This document shows, piece after piece, positions 12,401 through 23,800 of a stretch of DNA of 64,000 nucleotides. The position numbers and the translations under genes are program-made. The notes beneath the pieces were generated by a model that was not told the origin of the DNA, did not search any database, and worked only from the letters and a program-made list of their open reading frames with translations. The stretch's first letter is position 1; each line of letters begins with the position of its first letter. The stretch covers positions 10,178,619 to 10,242,618 of the forward strand of contig JAUZTB010000069.1 of the NCBI GenBank assembly GCA_034780895.1, in the 5' to 3' direction. The DNA is from Rhynchobatus australiae (lineage: Eukaryota).

Positions 12401-15400
12401 AGAATAGGTATGACTAGTTGAGCCTTTGATTGCAAAAATGAGTTTGCAGTCTCTTTCAGACTGCCAGTGTACTTGCACCTAATTCTTTCATGTATACACA
12501 AAGTGTATAAAGAGTAAAGAGCATATGGGAGGGTTATAACCAGAATGACTAACTTCTTTTAAACTTTTTTTTTGTATCCTTCAGAGAATGTTGCAGTGCC
12601 TGCTGGTGGATAGACCACAGGATCCCATTCAGTATATGATCGACCATTTTAAAAAAGAAAATGATGAAGGTTAGGACACTACTTTGCATCTCAGAAGAAA
12701 TACATTTTTCTAAAATATCATCAAGGCTTTCTAAAATAAATTTCACAACAGAACTAATTGCATTGTCAAATTATCAAAGAGAAAATTAAGATTGTCATTG
12801 TTTCATTGCTTGGTATTGTGAATTTGATTAACAAGTTCATTGTTAGAATTTTAGAGAAGGGTAGTTTTGTTGAGGAAAAATAGAGGAGAGTGTTTTATTA
12901 CTTTATTACTCTAAATATTATACTTTATATTAGGCCTTAAAGTGAAGCTCTCCTCAGCACAGGCTGAGGGACAAAGGAACATTCTTTCACCACAGACATC
13001 AGAGGGGGGCAGGGTGTTCAGCAAACTTCTACACAGATATGATATTAATTACAAATTGACTTAAGTCAGACAAATAAGGTTAGTGATAATTAATGGACAT
13101 TAATTATGGCTAAAGAGATTTGACTATAATTACTATAGCCCAATAATAAATAGAAACATAGTAAAACAAACAGGCCCAAGAAGAGCTGATATTCAGAGAG
13201 TCAGAGTAAAGTCATAAACTATATCTTGGAATGTGTCCTTGTACCAGGCCGTATCCCCGGCCGTAACCAGGACAACGCAGATTTACAGCTAAAAGATAGA
13301 ACACATTTAGCCAATCAGGAACCAGGTCAGTAGAAGCAATAAAAGCAATGCACAGCACACACCCCTCAGAGCATTTTTGGGAAACCTTGGGTGCGTATGT
13401 TTTCACTGCTCTCAATATATATATGCATATATATATTTACAGGTAGTCCTCGGTTTACAGCGGACTTGGTTAACAGCATTTCACGTATACAGCCGTCGCG
13501 CCCCAGTGACGGCATCACCCCTCGCGGACTTTTTTGTAGNNNNNNNNNNNNNNNNNNNNNNNNNNNNNNNNNNNNNNNNNNNNNNNNNNNNNNNNNNNNN
13601 NNNNNNNNNNNNNNNNNNNNNNNNNNNNNNNNNNNNNNNGGCTTTTCTTCATTCTCCCACACTGCTATCTCTGGTATTCCCTTGGGATCTATCTCTAGCC
13701 CCTGCCTTTCCAAAAACGCGGCATTACTTTCTACATGTAACTGATGATATTCAATTGTGCCTCACCCCGCTTCTCTCAACTTCTTTGGTGCCTCTAAGTT
13801 GTTGGATTGTTGGTCTAATTTGTTGTCATTGGATGAGCACAAATTTCTTTTAAATTTTGGGTAAGGCTAAAGTCCATTTTCTTTGATTGTTGCTACAAAC
13901 TTCCTTCCTGAGTTATACTGTTATTTCACATATAGGTCTAAAGCTTATGACACAAAATTATCACTGAAATACTTTAAAAATTGATTAAAATAAAACTGTT
14001 CTTGTATATTTTATTCATGGTTGTGCTTCAATATCTTCCAGCTCTTTACTTCAAAACTGATGATACATTACTTGTGTATACCTCTGCACCAGTAACAGCT
14101 GTGGACAAAATTTAGAGTCTGAAAATGTGGTTGCAGTCTTGTCAGTTAGAAATCTACAAGGGAAGTGGTCCAATTATAGAATGATTTTGTTTCCTTTTAT
14201 TGAAAAATATGACCTAGGGCAAGCATAGTTTTTTTTGTATGGAATAAACATTACAATAGCCCAAGGCAGTGTTTTCCCCCAAACAAGAGTTTGACCTTGT
14301 GTTAATAATAGAATAATTCTGCTTTTCACTGATCCCTTAACTGGAGAATATGAGTGTAAAGGCTTGAGTCACCTGAGGATTTATTCTTACATATGAGATT
14401 AGACAATCCTCAAAAGAGGCCTGTCTGCCAGAGAAAAATCTGCTTTGAAGTAGTTTGAAAGGAATTTACTGATGATGGCGCTAGAGTTTGTTTTGTACTG
14501 ATTGTATTGAGTTTAAATAATTCATTGTTTTTTCTGCATTGAATCTGAACAGAAAATAACACATTTGCATTTTGGATTTGGTTACACTGGAAGTTTTAAA
14601 ATCAGCCAGAAATTGAATTTATCAAATTATTGGGCTGCATCCAGTTGACTTTACTGTTGAGCATTTAAATCTATTATGGAAAACTCAAAATCACATTACA
14701 ATATCACCCGTTACTTTTGCATTCAATTTTGCAGATAAAAATCCTGCTGCTACCCCAAATAGCATTTATTTTGCTTCAACATTTTACCTAAGGTTTGCGG
14801 AATTTCCCATTGAAAAGTGCAGCTATTATCTATTTTTTCAAAAATGCTCTTTGGATTAGAAAGAATGGATTTGAGAATTTGGAAAACTCAATGATCTCAA
14901 AGAGTGGATGTGAAGAAATTAAATTTAAAATATGTAAAATATAATTCTTGCAATAACATAGAAAATTTAGTATTCACCAGAGGACAAGGAACCAGCTTCT
15001 GACTTTATCAGGGAAGAGTGTGCAAATGGTTCTGGCAAATGTCAAGTCACCAGCTGAACTAAGTTTAGTAGAATTGTCACAAAAATAGCAATTAGTATGT
15101 TACAACGGATTGCATCAGAAAGTGAGAATGAACAGAGGTAGAGAATGATAGAAAATATTCTGGCTTGAATCATGTTTAAAATCAAACTTTTTAGTGTGAC
15201 TACTTAATATCTAATCTTGGCTTTATATAAATAATTTGAACCTTTTTGAGGGAGCTGGTGCACTTATATAAGTATGTTCCTATTTTGTAGCTCCACTGGG
15301 AATTTTTAGTGTCAGCCTAGAGCTGAATGATCTTGGTGTGAAATAAAATTAGACTTCCTCATACAGAAGTTGCAGAAGATTAGCATCAGTGCAAAGTAAA

Positions 15401-17838
15401 TCTGCTTTGCTTCGATGCTGCTTTTGTAGTGTGAATTTGAGCATGGATAGGTTTTATTAAACAAAATGAATATCATTTCATAAGTTTAGGTCAGATATAT
15501 GATAATAAATAGGAATGAGTGTATTTATTTAAATCCATTTACCAAAAATTTGCATGATACACTCTAACTTGGTATAATTTTACACAAAAAACAAGCATTG
15601 GGGTGTAATTGTAATATTCGTCTTCAATTTTGATGTCTTTTGTTTAATATATTTTTTAAATGTATTAGTTAGAATTAACTTTTTTTTTTCTAAATCCTGA
15701 CTAGTTCCCCGGGTTTTTCTGCTGGGTCCACCTGTTTCAGGGAAACTTTCTATTGTAAGTGCATTCTAAATTTAAACTAATTATAAAAGTAGAAATTTTT
15801 ATTAAAGCATAAATGATTTTTTTTCAAATTTCTCTCAGAGAACTAATGTTATTTTAAAATATGTCTGTGCTGCCTGATAATTTTTGTATACTTAATGGTN
15901 NNNNNNNNNAATGAATCTCTCAATCTACAGTGATTTATCCGAACATTCATTATCTTTAGTTGATTATTTGATACATATTCATATAAAATTTGTTTTTAAG
16001 TTCTGTAAAACATGTTGATGTAATTTGTTGTAGGCTTTTGCTTTTCTATCTCAATTCTGAAATATAAGACCTTCAATATTGTATTCAGTCTTCCTCAAAT
16101 TGAATAAAGTGCTGTTCTTACTAACTTCAGGTTACCTCAGGGNNNNNNNNNNNNNNNNNNNNNNNNNNNNNNNNNNNNNNNNNNNNNNNNNNNNNNNNNN
16201 NNNNNNNNNNNNNNNNNNNNNNNNNNNNNNNNNNNNNNNNNNNNNNNNNNNNNNNNNNNNNNNNNNNNNNNNNNNNNNNNNNNNNNNNNNNNNNNNNNNN
16301 NNNNNNNNNNNNNNNNNNNNNNNNNNNNNNNNNNNNNNNNNNNNNNNNNNNNNNNNNNNNNNNNNNNNNNNNNNNNNNNNNNNNNNNNNNNNNNNNNNNN
16401 NNNNNNNNNNNNNNNNNNNNNNNNNNNNNNNNNNNNNNNNNNNNNNNNNNNNNNNNNNNNNNNNNNNNNNNNNNNNNNNNNNNNNNNNNNNNNNNNNNNN
16501 NNNNNNNNNNNGCAGTGTTTCAGTAATGATGACCCTTTTATCATAAAAATCCATTTATTCTGTAAATATCCTTTAGGCAATGAAATTGGCCATCCTTACC
16601 TTGTCCAGCAATGTTATTGATTCTTAATTGCCCACTGACATGGCCACAGAGTTCAGCTGCAATTAGGGATGGACAATAAATGGTGGCCTAATCAATGATC
16701 CCAACATCCTGTGAATGCATAACTTAGTCTGTAATATTAGTCAGTAATAAGATAATTCTAATTATGCAGCAATTTAAATAAAATTGAAAAGATAGCACTG
16801 AAAATTATGTTGATAGTTTCTTGTATACAAAAGGGGTAAATTCAAGTTTCTAGTACAGTAGGTTTTTTTTTTACCTTCTCATTTTCCTTTTGGACCTTTC
16901 ATGAGTTGATAATGGCTGGACATTCTTAATATTCTAACGGGCAGCACTGAATAAAGCAGATGTTAGTTCATTCTATAATGTTAAAATTCTTCTATGTTGC
17001 ATGTGTTTGCAGCCCTGCTAGACAATTTAATTTCTCTGCTCTTTTTTTGTTCTTGCCGTCTCCTGTCTTTTTCCTCTTATTCCTCCGTACCAACCAAGGG
17101 TTGATTTTAGTGACAGTTTTCGGCAGTAACCAGAAAAATATGGTTTCCATTAGTTGTCAATCCAGTCACNNNNGGGCAAAACTTGAAGATCACAATTTAA
17201 AATTGGTTGCATAGTTAGGAAATAATTTCACACGTTCAAATATAAAATGCTTTACTCCAAGTAGAAAATTATTCAATTAAATAAAAATAGTTTTAAGTAT
17301 TTCTTCAAGTTCAAAATAGGGATCCAGCAATTCTCTTTTGAAAATTAGTGTTTGGGTCTATTTTAAAAATATAGCTAGGCTTCTACAATGTATCAAGGGC
17401 AGTTCTTTTGATGGTATGGATATACCTGGGATAAGATCTGCAGGAGAGTGGAAGGGAAGAAGGACCATCACCATTGGAAATTCTGTGCATCATTCTTGCT
17501 CTTTGTTGGTTTGTAGTGAGGCAAGTTTAAATTTTTCCTTTTTAAAAAAAAAGGAAAGTTTGGTTTTGGTGGTGGTTGTCACATAGGTCAATGTAATCCC
17601 ACAAAAACTTGATGGGAGCAGGTCTAACATCTACTTTGGACATCGCTAACCGATGTTGCTCATCGAGTTCTTAAAACTGAATTCGGGCGAGTTTGAAACA
17701 CATGGCATTGCCACATAAATTTGTTAACTTTTTTAAATTAGGAAAGCAGATGTGAGAAGAATCAATTTCTACCTCGGGAATGACAACTTATGATTAAAAT
17801 TTAAATTTGACAACAATTTGAAAAATAACATATATATG

Positions 17839-17879
<41 letters not shown>

Positions 17880-20800
17880 ATATATATNNNNNNNNNNNNN
17901 NNNNNNNNNNNNNNNNNNNNNNNNNNNNNNNNNNNNNNNNNNNNNNNNNNNNNNNNNNNNNNNNNNNNNNNNNNNNNNNNNNNNNNNNNNNNNNNNNNCA
18001 ACCAGATGCCTTTAGCATTTCTGGTGTCCATTCTCTTTCCTTTCACAGAAATATTTGCTATATTAGTCTTTTTCAACTCCTTCGTATTTCATGTAATGTC
18101 ACAATACTCAAGGTATCCATTCTATATTCTCATTGTTCTGAATATTAATTGTCTAAATTTCCTCAAAGCAAAAGATTTCTGAAATAAAAATGACAAAATG
18201 TCATTGGCTTGAAATATTGATTCTGCTCATCTCCTATGGTTGTTGACTGATCTGAGTATTTCCAATATTTTCTGAATCAGAATCAGGTTTATTATCACTT
18301 GCGTATGTCATGAAATTTGTAGCAAAACAGCAAATCCAAACTTTCTTCCTGTGAAAACACAAAAGTCAACTTTTATCTTTCATTCATAATTTTCTTTTAG
18401 ATTTATAGTTTGCACATTAATATCTGTTTCTATATTTATTCTCTTTTTATTTTTGTTTTTGTGATGTTAACAATTCATTGACAACTCAGGAATGGGACAC
18501 ATTTCTCCTTGCATTTCAGTGGACAGTTTAAGGGCAATAACTTTGTGTCTTACTTGTCCAAAGACACTAGTTATACAAATTATAAAGCACTTTTTAAAAT
18601 TATTGCTTGTTTGGTACTTCCCAAATTGTTTGAGTATGGTATTGCCATAGTTGGTTCTTAAAACCTTGAAATGTAGTCTTAAACCTCCATCCAGCTTTGC
18701 TCTCAAATGTGAGCTTTTATATTTACTTTTACTAGGCCAAGTTGCTGTGTGACCAGATCAACACAAACCTCCTCACTTTGGATAATATGCTAGCTGGAGG
18801 AAAATCTGAGTCTGCCGATNNNNNNNNNNNNNNNNNNNNNNNNNNNNNNNNNNNNNNNNNNNNNNNNNNNNNNNNNNNNNNNNNNNNNNNNNNNNNNNNN
18901 NNNNNNNNNNNNNNNNNNNAGCGTACCAGAAAAGGTCAACGTCAGCTGCTGACCACAGACCAATATCTCCACTAGATAGCGTGCTGGCTGCAGAAATGGT
19001 TTTCAGATGTGCTGAACTTTGGATGCCATGGCGACTCAGTAAGCAAAGCTAACCACAAGTCCCACAGTTGCTCATTTCTGAACAACATTGCTTCAGGGTT
19101 CACTTCAATTCAAAAAGAACCAAGGAGTCATTTCTAAACCTTGCACAGGGAAAGGGAGGGAAGTCAGGAAAAATGGGACACTGGTTATTTTTCTTTGAGC
19201 AAAGCATCAATAGAGCTCCACACTGCAGAAAAGAAAATTAGACCACAAGAAAGAAAACATATCAACAAAGCATCGTTCTCTTCTCCTTGCAAACCCACCA
19301 CCAGCTATTGGTGCAAAATTAAAATAATTCCAACACCACATTAAAGCAAATATTTGCATGAAAAGACTTAACAGAAAATATTTTCAATTTTGACAATGAC
19401 AATTTTGTGATGTGTTGTTTGCAGGTATTTAAATTGGGTGTATGGTCTGTTCCTTACTGCAGATAGCAGATGTATGAAATTGATGAACGTAATATGGATT
19501 GACAGTGTAAATAGGATTATGTATATCATATGGACACTTAAATAAATGGCTATTTTTTGGTTTAATTTTATTTTAAAATTAATAACATTGTTTAAAAGTA
19601 CTAGCAGCCCTCAAAGTCTAATCTGTGCCTGTTATTTAGTTGTACTACTAAATTGGTTGGCTGTTTGATTTGGGATTGCTACAAGTAAGCACGATTGCAT
19701 CCTTATTTAATCTGAAAACAGATGTGCACTTCTGACAGACGTTCTTCAGTCTTGCCTCATTCCAGCAATACTGATGTCTATTCTAGAATTCCAACCACCA
19801 AACAAGTTTTTTTAAAAATTGATTCTTGGAGCATGGGAGTTGCAAGAAGGCCATGTTATTGACCACCCTAATTGCCCTGGGGAATATGGTGTGAGTTCTG
19901 CAGTCCATGTGTTAATACTGCGCTGTTAGATAGGGTGTTCCAGAATTTTGACCGACTGATAATGAAGGAATTGTGATATACTGCCAAGTTAGGATAGTGT
20001 ATGACTTGGAGGGGAACCTAGAGTTTGTGGTGTTTTCTATGCACCTTTTGTTTTTGTCCTTTTTAGGTTTAGNNNNNNNNNNCTGTTTTCGAAGGCTTAG
20101 CAAGTTGGTGCATTGCATTGCAACATGTAAGGAGACATGTGGAGCAGTGGTGTGTTTGTGGTGGAGGGAGAGAATGTGTAGAAATGTGAATAGAATATCA
20201 CTTACTCAAGCTATTTTGTCATGGATGGCATTGAGCTTATATTTATGAGTTGCACCCATCTAGAGAAACGGAAGGAATCCCATTAAACTCCTGTCTTGTG
20301 CTTTGCAGATATAGGAAAGACACAGGAGGTAGGCAATTTGCAGCAAAATATCCATCTTGCTCGTGTTGCCATAGAGTTTATCTGGCAGGTCCAATTCGCT
20401 TTCTGATCAATGGTGATTCCCATGATGTGAAAAGTAGGGCATTTGTAGATGGTAATGTCATTGAATATGAAGAGCTAGTTCTTAGACTTCTTGAAGATTT
20501 TTTTTCTGGGTAGTCATGTAGCATCAATGTTATTTGTCACCTAATCAGCCTCAGCTTGAAAGTTTTCCAAGTTTTGAGTACATGGGCATAAATTGCTTCA
20601 TTATCTGAAGAATCATGAAAATGGAGTCAGATCAGCTCTACGTTTATTAATCTATTTTAAGTCCCATCATATTGACAAGATCTAGAAACAGACATACTTG
20701 TGAACAAACTGATTTTGTGTGTGTTTGTGATTAAAGGAGTTTCGTAATGTTGACATCCTTGCTGCTTTTTTGCTATTTTACATTCTGAATTTTGGTTCAT

Positions 20801-23800
20801 TTGGAGCAATTGAATGAGTTTGGTCTTATTTCAGTTTTTCAATAATAAATGCTGTCCATTTAAATTAATTTAAGTAATGCAGTAGCGTGGAAATGGATGA
20901 AAAGTAGAGATACTCAGAGCTAATTAGAGGAATAAAATTCTGCTCAGGGGAGATGACAGCTCTGGAAAAATGATTGTAGAGCAGCTCCTTAAAGAACAGC
21001 AGGAGCGTTAATTATCTTCTTGGCATACTAGTTCTTGATTTGGAAAAAATCATAATTATGTCAGTCTATGATAATATCCTTTTCTGGGTTTTAAAGTTTT
21101 GGTTGACCAATGCTTTTATAACTTTTTTTCTGACTATGGGGAGATGTGCTCACTCTGTCAAGAAATTAAATCAGATTTGATATAGAAAATCCTTTCACAA
21201 ATACTGATCTGAAACAGAAAGAGAATGATTTTAAGCGTTACTTATTTATGATTTATTTCAAAGCTTATAACAACTACTACAACAACTATCAAAAAATGGA
21301 CCACAGTGGCTTCCTTCACAAAGACATAAACTTAAAAAAAAATCACTTTAAGATAAGATATCTTTATTGGTCACATGTACATTGAAACACACAGTGAAAC
21401 GCATCATTTTGTGTAGTATGTTCTGGGGGCAGTCCACAAGTGTCTCCACGCTTTCGGCACCAACATCACATGCCCACAACTTCCTAACCTGTACGTCTTT
21501 GGAATGTTGGGGGAACCAGGGCACCTGGAGCATAAAACAAACTGCTGGAGGAGCTCAGCAGGTGGAACAACATTTGTGTTCTCGATGCAGGGTCTTGACC
21601 TGAAACGTCAACTACCCCTTTGCCTCCACAGATACTGCTCAGCCTGCTAAGTTCCTTCAGCAGTTTGTTTTTTGCTCCAGGTTAAAGCATCTGCAGTCTG
21701 TTGCATCTCCACAGATGTTACTTGCACTGCAGTTGAGTTGCACTGTTTATGGACAAATTCATGGATCATGCAGTTATTGGTTTGATGGACGTTTTCTGCA
21801 GCTAACTAGCTAGTGCTTCAGATTTTAATTTAACTACTAAGTGATTCAAAATAATTTAGTACAGCTGTCATTTGTTCAAATGAAATAAGTATAACAGCAA
21901 TTTTGTGGTACTATACAGCTGCTTGTGTCTCAACTCACATCAAGGTCGTTCACCTTGGGCAAGCTTACTTAAAGTGGCACATCAGTTTGACCATCCATAT
22001 TTGAAATTCCTCCATAGCTTCATCCCTACCTATCTCCCTGTAATCTCTTAACCTGCTATCCACCAAAATATCTGTGCTCCTCCAATTCTAGTCTTTTAAT
22101 CATCTCCTATTTTAATCAACATTGGAAGCCATGTATTCAGCTGCTAAAGCCCATTATAAAGCCCCATAAAGTCTTCCCTGAATTTCTCCACTTCAAATAT
22201 CTTTCTTCCTTAAGAAGCTCCTTAAACCTGTCTCTGTGACCAAGCTTTTATCATCTGCCCTAATATCTTCTTCTATGGTTAAGTATAAACATTTGTTTGA
22301 AACTGCTTATGTGAATTGCCTTGGACTGCTTTGCTTTATCATGGCCATGATGTAAATATGAATTGTTCGTACCTTTAAAAGAATAGTATTGGATAAATCC
22401 TGCTTATAGGAATGGTATACATATGTTTGGGAAAGTTGCAGGTGAACGTCAGCTTTTTCAGGAAATAATACTCTCAGTATTTGCTCTGCATTTTCCACAG
22501 GCATGTTTGGTCTCCTTATACTCAAGGGTTGTGTGCATTATTGAATTTTCTTACATCTTCATAAATTGGAAGTACAGCAGAACCAATTACTTCAGAAGTG
22601 CCATTAATTACACAGTATAATAGGCCAATGGCCCCTTAGTAGTGTAAGCCATAAACTCACCAGTTCCTCTAGTGAAAGATGACATTTTAAAGATAAAATT
22701 AGAATTTTACTGGCTCCCTGAAACTTTAATTTGTTAATTAACTTCCTTCACTGGTCAGTGTTGCACACAATGGAATGATAATCAATTTCTCAAGGTAATA
22801 AACTCAATTACTTTCAGATTATGAATGCACTTTGTTAAAATTTAATGACTTGAATTTACATGTTTTGTGACTCAGTATGTAGGAATTAGTAATTTATCTT
22901 GGTATAGTTCCTTAAGCATTAAAACAATTACATTAGCAAAAGAATGTAGTAGTGTAAAATCTGAATCATTTATTTCAGGTTTAAATGGAGAAATAAAATC
23001 CTTGCAGTCCAANNNNNNNNNNNNNNNNNNNNNNNNNNNNNNNNNNNNNNNNNNNNNNNNNNNNNNNNNNNNNNNNNNNNNNNNNNNNNNNNNNNNNNNN
23101 NNNNNNNNNNNNNNNNNNNNNNNNNNNNNNNNNNNNNNNNNNNNNNNNNNNNNNNNNNNNNNNNNNNNNNNNNNNNNNNNNNNNNNNNNNNNNNNNNNNN
23201 NNNNNNNNNNNNNNNNNNNNNNNNNNNNNNNNNNNNNNNNNNNNNNAGGATAGATGATGATAATCAGAGGAGATAATTTTATATCCCACTTTCAGGTCTG
23301 ACTGTCACTCTGGTTAATTTGTTCTTTCACTGCATATAAATTGGATCTTACAGATATTTCTTGTGCATCCTTCATGTCCAGGAAATTACAAAACTGTGGC
23401 TGAAGACTGTAAATATGAATTGTAACCAATTTGGACATATTTACTAACTTTTTTTTTCCCTGATATTCTAAAAGCACAAAACCAATTTTAATAGATTACT
23501 TGGTGCAGCAGGACTACACAAAATGAGTCTGTAACTTCTGTCAATGTTGCACTTCAAAGGGATGAAGCAGACACTAGCTGCTGCAGCAACCAGCACGATC
23601 CACCACAAACAGACAGTGAGACTAAAAGCAGTGAGTCCATACTCCCACTGCGCTGGACCATGGGTCTCGGGCCAAACCACCACTGGGACCCAGTAACTGT
23701 CAAAAAAAGGTGCCTGCCGATTCTTTTCACTTTTCTCCTTCAGCCTAATCATGTAGGGGCTTTGGAATTCTTTTTGAACTTCGCTCTGAATATTCACCCT

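Noticed and set aside
18920-18950. Possible 3' end of AK8 exon 4 after the gap (GCGTACCAGAAAAG|GTCAAC)
   Set aside because: The frame giving a plausible peptide (AYQKR) has no phase-0 donor, and the gap size is unknown; the exon end cannot be assigned.
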